Below are positions 1 to 9,810 of a stretch of DNA of 64,000 nucleotides, piece by piece; position 1 is the first letter of the stretch, and each line of letters starts with the position of its first letter. The DNA lies in NCBI GenBank assembly GCA_964555675.1, contig CAZKTU010000006.1, positions 993 to 64,992 of the forward strand, read 5' to 3'. The notes under the pieces are model-generated. The model was not told the DNA's origin. It saw nothing but the letters and a program-made list of their open reading frames with translations, and did not search any database. The translations under genes and the position numbers were made by a program. Origin of the DNA: an uncultured Oscillochloris sp. (GTDB taxonomy: Bacteria > Chloroflexota > Chloroflexia > Chloroflexales > Chloroflexaceae).

Positions 1-4
1 AGAC

Positions 5-33
5 TTGACCCATGCCAGGGGTTAGCTTATACT
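5..33 (+). promoter_or_regulatory. Putative sigma-70-type promoter for the iron ABC transporter operon
   Basis: TTGACC (5-10), 17-nt spacer, TATACT (28-33). It lies about 65 nt upstream of the preferred ATG at 100. Confidence 0.5.
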
Positions 34-99
34 AACTCCCGCCCGGGCAATCTTGTGCGGCCCTTCACACAAAACCCCTTGCTGGAAAGGACCCCGCGT

Positions 100-1161
100 A
101 TGCGGCTCAGCCGTCAAACGCTGCTGGCGCCCCTGCTCGCCCTGCTCCTGGCCTCCTGCGGCAACCAGCCTGCCGCCCAGCCCACGATTGCTCCGGCCCC
201 CGAGGCCCAGCCCACAGCCGCGGCCGATGGCGAGCGCAAGCTCGTGGTCTACTCGGGCCGCAGCGAGAGCCTGGTGGCCCCCCTCTTCAAGCAGTTCAGC
301 GAGGCGACCGGGATCGCCATCGAGGCCCGCTACGGTGACACGGCCGAGCTCGCGGCGACCATTCTCGAAGAGGGCGCGAACAGCCCCGCCGACCTCTTCT
401 TCGCTCAGGATGCCGGGGCCCTCGGGGCCCTCGACGCCGCCGGCCTGCTGGCGCCGCTGCCCCAGACCGCCCTCGACGCCGTCGAGCCGCGCTTCCGCTC
501 GTCGCAGGGCGACTGGGTCGGCGTGAGCGGGCGCGCCCGCGTGGTCGTCTACAATACCGCCAAGCTGAAGGAAGACGACTTGCCGGCCTCAATCACCGGC
601 TTCGCCGCCCCCGAGTGGCAGGGTCGCGTCGGCTGGGCGCCCACCAACGGCTCGTTCCAGGCCTTCATCACCGCTATGCGTGTGCAGCTCGGCGAGGAAG
701 CCGCCCGCAAGTGGCTCGAGGACATGGTCGCCAACGAGACGAAGCTCTACGAGGGCAACGCCGCCATCGTCAACGCCGTCGCCGCGGGCGAGATCGATGT
801 GGGCTTCGTCAACCACTATTACATTTACCAGATCCAGAACGAGACCGGCAACACCCTCGAGGCCGCCAACTACTACCCGCAGGACGGCGACGTCGGCGCC
901 TTGATCAACATCGCCGGCGCGGGCATCCTGAAGACCGCGAAGAACGCCGAGACGGCCCAGGAGCTCGTCAGCTACCTGCTCTCCACTGATGGGCAGACCT
1001 ACTTCGCGCAGAAGACCTTCGAGTACCCCCTGGCGGCCGGTGTGCAGCCCGACCCGCGGCTGCGCCCCCTGAGCGAGATCAAGACGCCCGACCTCGACCT
1101 GAATAACCTGAGCGACCTCCAGGGCACCTTGAAGCTGCTCCAGGACGTAGGCGCGCTCTAG
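100..1161 (+). CDS. Fe(3+)-type ABC transporter substrate-binding lipoprotein
   Basis: Part of ORF 55..1161. I prefer the ATG at 100 (AAGGA about 8 nt upstream, downstream of the promoter). MRLSRQTLLAPLLALLLASCGN is a lipoprotein signal with lipobox LASC. The body resembles FbpA/AfuA-type iron-binding proteins, and it is followed by a cognate permease and ATPase. Confidence 0.85.
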   Translation: MRLSRQTLLAPLLALLLASCGNQPAAQPTIAPAPEAQPTAAADGERKLVVYSGRSESLVAPLFKQFSEATGIAIEARYGDTAELAATILEEGANSPADLFFAQDAGALGALDAAGLLAPLPQTALDAVEPRFRSSQGDWVGVSGRARVVVYNTAKLKEDDLPASITGFAAPEWQGRVGWAPTNGSFQAFITAMRVQLGEEAARKWLEDMVANETKLYEGNAAIVNAVAAGEIDVGFVNHYYIYQIQNETGNTLEAANYYPQDGDVGALINIAGAGILKTAKNAETAQELVSYLLSTDGQTYFAQKTFEYPLAAGVQPDPRLRPLSEIKTPDLDLNNLSDLQGTLKLLQDVGAL

Positions 1162-1236
1162 CCCAGGCGGCAGGAGCGGGGGCTACGCCAGGCGCTGAAG
1201 CCCGTAGTCTCCCGCTTCTGCACCTGCTTCTGCATT

Positions 1237-2849
1237 ATGGCCACGCTGGACTCGGCCCTCGCCCTTCCCAAGCCCGCCGCTCGCCGTCGGAAGGCCCGCC
1301 CATGGCTGCTGATCGCCCTGAGCGCCGTCATGGTCGCCCTGGTGGTGCTGCCCCTGGCCTACCTGGCTTTGCGCGCCGCGGGCGCGGGCCCCGAGGCCTG
1401 GGCGACCCTGATCAGGCCTCGCACCCTCGGCGTGTTCGTCGGCAGCGCCGCCCTCGCCCTCGGCGTGGCCGCCCTGAGCACCCTGCTGGCCGTGCCCGTG
1501 GCCTGGCTGACCGTGGCCACAGACCTGCCGATGCGCCGCTTCTGGTCCGTCGCGACCCTGCTGCCCCTGGCCGTGCCCTCGTACATCGCCGGCTTCGCCA
1601 TCATCGCCGTCCTCGGGCCCAGAGGTATGCTCCAGCAGCTCCTGGCGCCCCTGGGCGTCGAGCGGCTGCCCTCGATCTACGGCTTCGGCGGGGCCCTGCT
1701 GGCCCTGACCCTCTGCAGCTACCCGTATGTGCTGCTCACCGTGCGGGCCGCCCTGAACCGCTGCGACCCGGCCATCGAAGAGGCGGCCCGCAGCATGGGC
1801 GATAGCCCCCTCAAAGTCTGCTTCCGCGTGCTGCTGCCCCAGTTGCGCCCCGCGATCGCCGTGGGCGGCCTGCTGGTGGCCCTTTACAGCCTGAGCGACT
1901 TCGGCGCGGTCTCGCTGCTGCAGTTCGACTCGTTCACGCGGGCGATCTATGTGCAGTACCGCGGCTCGTTCGACCGCAGCGGCGCGGCCCTGCTCTCGCT
2001 GCTGCTCGTGGCCCTGACGATCGGCCTGATGGCCCTCGAGCACGTGATCCGCGGCCGCCCCAGCATGAGCCGCACGAACTGCGCCGTTGCGCGTCCGCGC
2101 CGCCCCGTGGCCCTCGGGCCGTGGCGCTGGCTGGCCCTGGCCTACTGTGGCGCCCTGACCCTCCTCGGCGTCGGCATGCCCCTGGGCGCCCTGCTCTACT
2201 GGCTCGCCCGCGGCCTTGCCAACGGCCAAGAGCTCGACTCGCTCTGGCGGGCCACCGGCAACTCGGTCATGGCCGCCGGCCTGGCCGCCGCCCTCACGGT
2301 GCTCTGCGCGCTGCCGCTGGCGCTCCTCGTGGTGCGCTACCCCGGTCGCCTGAGCAGGCTGATCGAGCGCGGGGCCTACCTCGGCTACGCACTGCCGGGG
2401 CTTGTGGTGGCCCTGGCCCTGGTCTTCTTCGGCGCCAACTTCGCGCCCTTCCTCTACCAGACCCTGGCGATGCTGCTGATCGGCTACACGGTGCGCTTCC
2501 TGCCCCAGGCCGCCGGTAGCCTGCGCACGACCCTCCACCAGATCAACCCCCGCGTCGAAGAGGCCGCCCGCTCGCTGGGCCGGCGCCCCTTCGGCGTGCT
2601 CACCAGCGTCACCGCGCCGCTGCTCGCGCCGGGCATCCTCGCCGGCGCCGCCCTGGTCTTCCTCACGACGATCAAGGAGCTGCCGACCACGCTGCTGCTC
2701 GGTCCCACGGGCTTCCCGACCCTGGCCACCCTGGTCTGGAGCGCCAGCTCGGAGGCGATGTTCGCCCGCGCCGCCGCCCCGGCACTGTTACTCTTACTGA
2801 TCTCGGCTCTGGCAATGGCCCTGATGATCGCCCAGGAGCGCGTCGTCGA

Positions 2850-2853
<4 letters not shown>
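1237..2853 (+). CDS. Iron(III) ABC transporter permease, fused two-domain (FbpB/AfuB-like)
   Basis: 538 aa, highly hydrophobic, with two tandem MetI-like permease halves. Sits between the binding protein and the ATPase. Confidence 0.85.
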
Positions 2854-3935
<1,082 letters not shown>

Positions 3936-3972
3936 GGGCGCGCCGGCACGCTTCTTGCCCTCTGCCGCCAGC

Positions 3973-5265
3973 ATGGACACCCTCGAGACGGCATCTGGCG
4001 CAGCAACGCGCCCGCGACCACTGCGCGAGACAGCCCTGGCCACCCTGGTGGTCCTGCTTGTGCTGCTCGCCTTCGCCCTGATCCTCGGCCTGCGCAACGT
4101 GCTCGTGAGCGTGTTCCTTGGCCTGCTGCTCGCCACGGCTTTGCGCCCGGTGATGGGCCGCCTGCGCGAGGGGCGGCTGCCGCGCTTTCTGGCCGCGAGT
4201 GGCTCGATCCTGTTGTTGATCGCCCTGGTGGTCGGCTTTCTGGTGCTGGTGGTGCCGGTCGTCGCCGGCCAGGCCGACACGATCGCCCGGGCTGCGCCGG
4301 CCCTCTACGCTGGCGTGCGCGGCTGGCTGCTCGAATCGCGCTTCCGCCTCTTTCGCCAGCTGGGCTACCGCCTCGAGCCCGAGCTCACCCTCGGCGGGGC
4401 GCCGGGCGCCGACCCACCCTGGTCGCAGATGCTGCCGACCCTCTCCATGGCGGGCTACTTGAGCTTCGTGGTCATCTGCACGGTCGTCTTCGCCTACTAC
4501 TGGCTGCTGTACCGCGAGCGTTCGGTGCGCGGCCTGCTGCTGCTGCTGCCGATGGAGCGCCGCGCGGCCGCCGAGCGACTCTGGCTCGAGATCGAGGGTC
4601 GCCTGGGCGACTATCTGCGCGGCCAGTTTATCCTGGCCGTGGTGGTCGGCGTGCTCTCGCTGGTCGGCTTCTGGATCGCCGGCGTGCCCTTCGCGCTGTT
4701 GCTCGCCGTCATGGCCGGGGTGTTCGAGCTGGTGCCGTTTATTGGCCCCTTTATCTCGACCGGCGTCGCCATGGCGGTTGGCTTCAGCGAGAGCCCACAG
4801 ACGGCCCTCGCAGCCCTGATCGTCGGCCTGATTGTCCAGCAGTTCGAGAATAATATCCTGGCCCCGCGGGTCATGGACGAGACGGTCGGGATCAGCCCTG
4901 TGGTGACGCTGCTGGCCTTCGTGGGCTTCGGGGCCCTCTTCGGCCCCGCCGGCGCGCTGCTGGCCATCCCCCTGGCGGCCGCCCTGCAGGTGCTGTTCGG
5001 CGCCTGGCTCTCGCGCAACGCGACCCACGAAGAGGCGGCGCCCGGCGGCCGGACCATGGTCGATAAGCTGCGCTACGATGCCCGCGTCCTCGTCGCCGAT
5101 ATCGCCGGCCATCTGCGCCACAAGGAGGCCGCCGTAGAGGCCGCGGTCGACGCGCCCGAGGAGGCCCTCGAGCAGATCCTCCACGAGCTCGAAGGCCTCC
5201 TCGCCGGCGACGAGACGCAGGTCGAGACACAGGCCGCGGGCGCGACCCTGGAGGTAGGACGATGA
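3973..5265 (+). CDS. AI-2E family transporter (PerM/UPF0118-type), copy 1
   Basis: In-frame ATG (MDTLETASG) within ORF 3658..5265. The upstream part of that ORF overlaps the ATPase gene out of frame. Polytopic membrane protein with the ELVPFIGP-type motif typical of the family. Confidence 0.8.
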   Translation: MDTLETASGAATRPRPLRETALATLVVLLVLLAFALILGLRNVLVSVFLGLLLATALRPVMGRLREGRLPRFLAASGSILLLIALVVGFLVLVVPVVAGQADTIARAAPALYAGVRGWLLESRFRLFRQLGYRLEPELTLGGAPGADPPWSQMLPTLSMAGYLSFVVICTVVFAYYWLLYRERSVRGLLLLLPMERRAAAERLWLEIEGRLGDYLRGQFILAVVVGVLSLVGFWIAGVPFALLLAVMAGVFELVPFIGPFISTGVAMAVGFSESPQTALAALIVGLIVQQFENNILAPRVMDETVGISPVVTLLAFVGFGALFGPAGALLAIPLAAALQVLFGAWLSRNATHEEAAPGGRTMVDKLRYDARVLVADIAGHLRHKEAAVEAAVDAPEEALEQILHELEGLLAGDETQVETQAAGATLEVGR

Positions 5266-6431
5266 GCCCCAGACTGGTCGCACTACGCGCCGCGACGGTG
5301 CTCGGCATCGTCCTGGCGGCCCTGGCCCTCTGGCAGATGCGCGAGGCGGTGCAGCTGCTGGCCGTCGCCGTCGCCGTCTCGGCCGGCCTGACGCCCCTGG
5401 TGCAGCGCCTCGGCGCGCGCGGCATGCCCAGGCGCCGCGCCGCCGCCCTGGTGTTCGGGGGCGGGCTGCTCGCCATCCTGGCTATCGGCGCGGGGCTTGG
5501 CTTCTTGCTGACCTATGACCTGGCCCAGCTGATTGACCTGCTGCCCTTCTGGTACGCCCGGGCCCGCGACCTGGTGGTCTCAGGCGGGGGCTGGCCCGCC
5601 CGCGTGGCCGAGAGCCTGCCGTCAAGCACTGCGCTCAATGGGGCCTTGCTCGGCGGCGAGCTCGACCTGGGCGCGGCCATGCTCGGGCTAGCCCTGCAGC
5701 TGCTGACCCTGACGGCCCTGACCCTTGGCGCGGCCGCCCTCGGCTTCTACTGGCTGCTGGATGAGCAGCGCATCACCCGCCTCTGGCTCTCGCTGCTGCC
5801 AGTGGGCGCCAGGGCGCGCGTGCGGGCCCTGGGCACGGCCATTTACACCGAGGTTGGCATCTACGTGCGCGGCGTAGCCGTGATGGTGCTGCTGTCGACC
5901 CTGGCTCTGCTGCTGATCTACAAACTCGCCGGGGTGCCGGGGGCGAGCGCCCTGGCCGTGGCGGGCGGGGTCGCACAGATCGTGCCCCTGCTCGGGCCGG
6001 CTCTGGCCCTCATCCCGGCGGTCCTGGTGGTCCTGGCCCAAGGCGGCCCCGCGGCCACGGTGGCGCTGGCGGTGTCGATCGTGGCCGTGGCCGCCATCAG
6101 GCTGCTGGTGGCGCCACGGCTGCTCAAGGGCGGCATCAGCGTCAACCCGCTCCTGGTTGTGGTGGTGATCATGGCCCTGGCCGAGCTGGGCGGCATCCCG
6201 CTGATCCTGCTGGCCCCGCCCCTGGCCGCCGCCCTGCAGGCTGCCACGCGGGCCCTGGTCGAGATCGGGCGCAGCGAGGCCGGCCGGACGCCGGCCGCCC
6301 AGATTGACGAGCTGGAGGAGCGCCTCGGCAAGGTGGCCGAGGCCGCCGCCGATACACCCGAGGCCAGGCGCGTACAGGCCCTGGTCGAGCGAGCGCGCGC
6401 CCTCCTGGCCGCCGCGCAGCGCACGACCTGA
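5262..6431 (+). CDS. AI-2E family transporter, copy 2
   Basis: 389 aa polytopic protein with QIVPLLGPALALIP motif. ATGA overlap with copy 1. Confidence 0.75.
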   Translation: MSPRLVALRAATVLGIVLAALALWQMREAVQLLAVAVAVSAGLTPLVQRLGARGMPRRRAAALVFGGGLLAILAIGAGLGFLLTYDLAQLIDLLPFWYARARDLVVSGGGWPARVAESLPSSTALNGALLGGELDLGAAMLGLALQLLTLTALTLGAAALGFYWLLDEQRITRLWLSLLPVGARARVRALGTAIYTEVGIYVRGVAVMVLLSTLALLLIYKLAGVPGASALAVAGGVAQIVPLLGPALALIPAVLVVLAQGGPAATVALAVSIVAVAAIRLLVAPRLLKGGISVNPLLVVVVIMALAELGGIPLILLAPPLAAALQAATRALVEIGRSEAGRTPAAQIDELEERLGKVAEAAADTPEARRVQALVERARALLAAAQRTT

Positions 6432-6476
6432 GCCGCGCAAAAACGCCCCGGCCGCTGCGTTCAATTCGGCACTGAC

Positions 6477-6515
6477 GGAGGTTACGGCGCGCCCGCGCCA
6501 TAACCTCCTTTTTTT
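6477..6515 (+). terminator. Rho-independent terminator after the AI-2E pair
   Basis: GGAGGTTAcGGCGCGccCGCGCCaTAACCTCC stem-loop followed by a T7 run (6509-6515). Confidence 0.8.
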
Positions 6516-6617
6516 GTCACATAACCAGGAGGTTGTCGCCCTCTACTATGGAGGCCCGGCGGGCTAGACTGGCCTCAGAAGAAGACCGGCAGTAGTAGAG
6601 CCACCAGGAGGCCAGCG

Positions 6618-7352
6618 ATGACCCAGCAGATGATGACGAGCCTGGCGCCCGCCCTCCGCCCGACCACCGGCGCCGCAGACGAGCCGCGCCTGATGGAGCT
6701 TGGCAGCCTGGCCCGCCGGGCCCTCGCCGAGAGCCGCCGCTTCTACCGGCACGAAGAGTACGACTCGCGCTACGCTTACGAGCTGTTCCGCCGGGCCCTG
6801 GTCGAGCGCGACGATATGGCCTGGGGCCACATCTTCGAGCAGTACACCCCCTTGGTCGAGCACTGGGTTCGCCGGACGGGCGCCTTCACGGTCAGCGGCG
6901 AGAGCAGCGACTTCTTCGTCAGCGCCGCCTTCACGCGCTTCTGGCGCGCCATTCCGGCCGCCCGCTTCAGCTCCTTCCCCAGCCTGGCCTCGCTGCTCAA
7001 CTATCTGCGCCGCTGCGCCACCTGCGTGGTGATCGACACCGCCCGCTCGCAGTCGTACGCCGAGCTGCTGCCCGAGGAGTGCGTCAACTGGAACGACCAG
7101 CGCCTCGGCCACGCCGACGAGGAGGCCACCGAGCAGGTCAGCCGCGAGGAGTTCTGGGGCCTGGTCGACCAGCTGCTCACCTGCGAGGCCGAGCGCGTGC
7201 TGATCAAGTGCTCGTTCCTGCTCGGGATGAAGCCGGGCGATATCTTCGCCCGCCACGGCAATCTGTTCGCCGGGGTCGAAGAGGTCTATACCCTCAAGCG
7301 CTCGGTGCTCACCCGGCTGCGCAAGAGCCCCGAGCTGCGCGGCCTGTACTAA
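6618..7352 (+). CDS. Divergent sigma-70 family (ECF-like) sigma factor candidate
   Basis: 244 aa. The N-terminal part has a region-2-like pattern (YELFRRALVERDDMAWGHIFEQYTPLVEHWV, AFTRFWRAI, LLNYLRRCATCVVIDTAR). The C-terminal part has a region-4-like HTH (LIKCSFLLGMKPGDIFARH...VYTLKRSVLTRLRK). AGGAGG lies 6 nt upstream of the ATG. Confidence 0.5.
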   Translation: MTQQMMTSLAPALRPTTGAADEPRLMELGSLARRALAESRRFYRHEEYDSRYAYELFRRALVERDDMAWGHIFEQYTPLVEHWVRRTGAFTVSGESSDFFVSAAFTRFWRAIPAARFSSFPSLASLLNYLRRCATCVVIDTARSQSYAELLPEECVNWNDQRLGHADEEATEQVSREEFWGLVDQLLTCEAERVLIKCSFLLGMKPGDIFARHGNLFAGVEEVYTLKRSVLTRLRKSPELRGLY

Positions 7353-7376
7353 ACCTGACAGCGTGAGGATGGGCTT

Positions 7377-7422
7377 GGGGAGGCTTGGCCTCAAGAGGGG
7401 CGCGGGGAGGCTTGGCCTCCCC
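7377..7422. repeat. Two tandem GC-rich stem-loops (GGGGAGGCTTGGCCTC and GGGGAGGCTTGGCCTCCCC)
   Basis: Near-identical palindromic units at 7377-7392 and 7404-7422, immediately downstream of the sigma-like gene. Related units occur at 13666, 48618 and 55376. Confidence 0.6.
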
Positions 7423-7436
7423 GAAAAGGCTGCGCA

Positions 7437-7466
7437 TTGACAGGGGCCGGGTCGGCAGGCTATAGT
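7437..7466 (+). promoter_or_regulatory. Putative promoter of the IclR gene
   Basis: TTGACA (7437-7442), 18-nt spacer, TATAGT (7461-7466). About 70 nt upstream of the ATG at 7534. Confidence 0.5.
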
Positions 7467-7533
7467 GCCCGTGATGGCGGAATGATTTTCCATCCTGTGG
7501 AAGCGCCCTGAGCCTAGCCTGAAGCCTCCCCCT

Positions 7534-8307
7534 ATGGTCCAATCGCTCGACCGTGCCCTCGACGTGCTCGAGGCCCTCGCCGCCGGAGACGACGACGTCG
7601 GGCTCTCGCAGATCACCGAGCGCACCGGCCTGCCCCTCGGCACGGCACACCGCCTGCTGAGCAGCCTGGTGGCCCGCGGCTACGCCGCCCAGGACCGCGA
7701 GACGCGCCTGTACGGCCCCGGCCCGAAGCTGCTCGAGGTGGCCGCCCGCGCCGCCGCCAGCAGGCGCTTCGGCCTGAACCGGATTGCCCGGCCCTGCTTG
7801 CGTGACCTCACCGGGGCCACCGACGAGACCAGCAACCTGCTGGTGCTGCAAGGCGACGAGGGCGTCTACAGCGAGCAGGTAGCCAGCCCGCGCCTGGTGC
7901 GCATGTTCACCGAGGTCGGCCAGCGCGTCCCCCTCTACTGCACCGGGGGTGGCAAGGCTATCCTGTCGGGCTTCCCCGAGGAGCAGCTCGAGGCCTATCT
8001 GGCCCGCACTACTCTGCGCTCGTTCACCCCCAAGACGATCGCCACCCCCGAGGGGCTGCGGCGCGAGCTGGCCGAGGCCCACCTGCACGGCTTCGCCCTC
8101 GACGACGAGGAGCGCGAGGTCGGCGTCTGCTGCATCGCCGCGCCGATCTTCGACCGCCAGGGCCGCTGCGTGGCCGCCCTGAGTATCTCGGGGCCGACTA
8201 CACGCATGAGCCGCGAGCGGGCCCTGAGCCTAGGCCCCCTCGTCCGCCAGGCCGCCAATACTTGCAGCGCCCAACTGGGCTTCCACCAGGACGGGCCCGC
8301 CACCTGA
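7534..8307 (+). CDS. IclR family transcriptional regulator
   Basis: N-terminal winged HTH (SLDRALDVLEALA...LSQITERTGLPLGTAHRLLSSLVARGY) and a C-terminal IclR effector domain. Confidence 0.9.
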   Translation: MVQSLDRALDVLEALAAGDDDVGLSQITERTGLPLGTAHRLLSSLVARGYAAQDRETRLYGPGPKLLEVAARAAASRRFGLNRIARPCLRDLTGATDETSNLLVLQGDEGVYSEQVASPRLVRMFTEVGQRVPLYCTGGGKAILSGFPEEQLEAYLARTTLRSFTPKTIATPEGLRRELAEAHLHGFALDDEEREVGVCCIAAPIFDRQGRCVAALSISGPTTRMSRERALSLGPLVRQAANTCSAQLGFHQDGPAT

Positions 8308-8379
8308 GCGGCGCACGCCTCGGCCGCAGATCGTCGCAGCGCCGTAGAGGACGCAGCGTCCTATTGCCCCGGAGCGCCT

Positions 8380-9744
8380 ATGGACCCCACGCGCCTGCTC
8401 ACCCGCTCGCTGCGCGAGAGCCCCGCGGGCGACGAGATCGCCCGGATCCTGGCCGCCGCTCTCGCCGCCGTCGAGCCGGCCGCGGCCGTCGGTCGGCACC
8501 TGCGCCGCGACGGCGATACGCTCTACGCTGGGGCCCGCGCAATTGATCTGAGCTCGGTCGCTAGAGTGTTTGTGGTGGGCGCGGGCAAAGCCGGGGCGCC
8601 GATGGCCCGGGCGGCGGCCGCCATCCTGGGCGAGCGGCTCACCGGCGGCCTGGTGGTGGTCAAAGACGGGCACCGCGAAGCCGAGGCGACCGGGCCGATC
8701 AGCATTGTCGAGTCCGGCCACCCGCTGCCCGACGGGCGGGGCGTGGCCGCCGCGCAGCAGATGGCCGCCATGCTCCAGGGCCTCACTCCCGACGACCTGG
8801 TGATCGCCCTGATCTCGGGCGGCGGCTCGGCCCTGCTGACCCTGCCCGTCCCGGGGGTGAGCCTGGGCGACCTCCAGGCCCTCACCGGCGCGCTGCTGGC
8901 CTGCGGCGCCAGTATTGGCGAGATCAACACGCTGCGCAAGCACCTGGACGGCCTGAAGGGCGGCGGGCTCGCCAGGCTCGCCTACCCCGCGGCAGTCGTC
9001 ACGCTGATGCTCTCAGACGTCGTCGGCAATCCCCTCGATATTATCGCCTCGGGGCCGACCGTGGCCGACCCGGGCACCTTTGGCGGGGCCCTCGGCGTCC
9101 TCGAACGCTACGACCTGTTCGAGCGTACGCCGCCGCCCATCCTCGCGCATCTGCGGCGCGGCCTCGCCGGCGAGCTGCCCGAGACCCCGAAGGCCGGCGA
9201 CAGGGTTTTCGAGCGGGTCAGCAATCTGCTTGTGGGCGACAACGGTCAGGCCGCCCAGGCGGCCCTGGCCGCCGCGCGGGCGGCCGGTCTCACGGCGCTC
9301 CTGCTCACCACCTCGCTCGAGGGCGAGGCCCGCGAGGCCGGGCGCTTCCTCGCCGCGACCCTGCGCGAGCTGGCGGGGGGCGCCGGCCTCGCGCCGCGGC
9401 CGGCCCTGGTGATCGCCGGCGGCGAGACCACGGTGACGCTGCGCGGGGCGGGGCGCGGCGGGCGCAACCAGGAGCTGGCCCTGGCCGCGGCCCCCGGCCT
9501 GGCCGGGCTCGAGCGGGTCGCCCTGGTCGCCCTGGCCACAGACGGCGGGGACGGGCCCACAGACGCGGCCGGCGCGGTCGTCACGGGCGAGACTGGCGGC
9601 CGAGCGCGGGCCCTCGGCCTCGACCCCGGCGACTACCTGGCCCGCAACGATGCCTACCCATTCTTCGACGCCCTGGGCGACCTGCTGCGCCCGGGGCCTA
9701 CGGGCACCAACGTCAACGACCTCACCTTCCTGTTCGCGCTCTAA
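8380..9744 (+). CDS. Glycerate 2-kinase / hydroxypyruvate reductase-like protein (DUF4147 + MOFRL)
   Basis: VVGAGKAGAPMA N-domain motif. C-terminal GGETTVTLRGAGRGGRNQELALAAA motif typical of MOFRL glycerate kinases. Confidence 0.85.
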   Translation: MDPTRLLTRSLRESPAGDEIARILAAALAAVEPAAAVGRHLRRDGDTLYAGARAIDLSSVARVFVVGAGKAGAPMARAAAAILGERLTGGLVVVKDGHREAEATGPISIVESGHPLPDGRGVAAAQQMAAMLQGLTPDDLVIALISGGGSALLTLPVPGVSLGDLQALTGALLACGASIGEINTLRKHLDGLKGGGLARLAYPAAVVTLMLSDVVGNPLDIIASGPTVADPGTFGGALGVLERYDLFERTPPPILAHLRRGLAGELPETPKAGDRVFERVSNLLVGDNGQAAQAALAAARAAGLTALLLTTSLEGEAREAGRFLAATLRELAGGAGLAPRPALVIAGGETTVTLRGAGRGGRNQELALAAAPGLAGLERVALVALATDGGDGPTDAAGAVVTGETGGRARALGLDPGDYLARNDAYPFFDALGDLLRPGPTGTNVNDLTFLFAL

Positions 9745-9810
9745 GCCGAGCGGACGAGGGCAAGGGGAGCGCCTTGACGTCGCGGCCCTATCGGCAGTAC
9801 CCTGAAAAGC

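Noticed and set aside
1183-2538. 451-aa minus-strand ORF antisense to the iron permease gene. Similar ORFs occur at 2484..3779, 3844..5283, 5688..6464, 9013..10449 and 10856..11932.
   Set aside because: These are typical high-GC antisense or off-frame open frames. Their products are Arg/Gly/Ala/Gln/His-rich and low in complexity, with no motifs, and each fully overlaps a recognisable conserved gene on the other strand.
6548-6595. 15-codon upstream ORF (MEARRARLASEEDRQ) ahead of the sigma-like gene.
   Set aside because: The nearest SD-like AGGAGG is 15 nt away, which is too far, and there is no supporting feature. It is probably chance.
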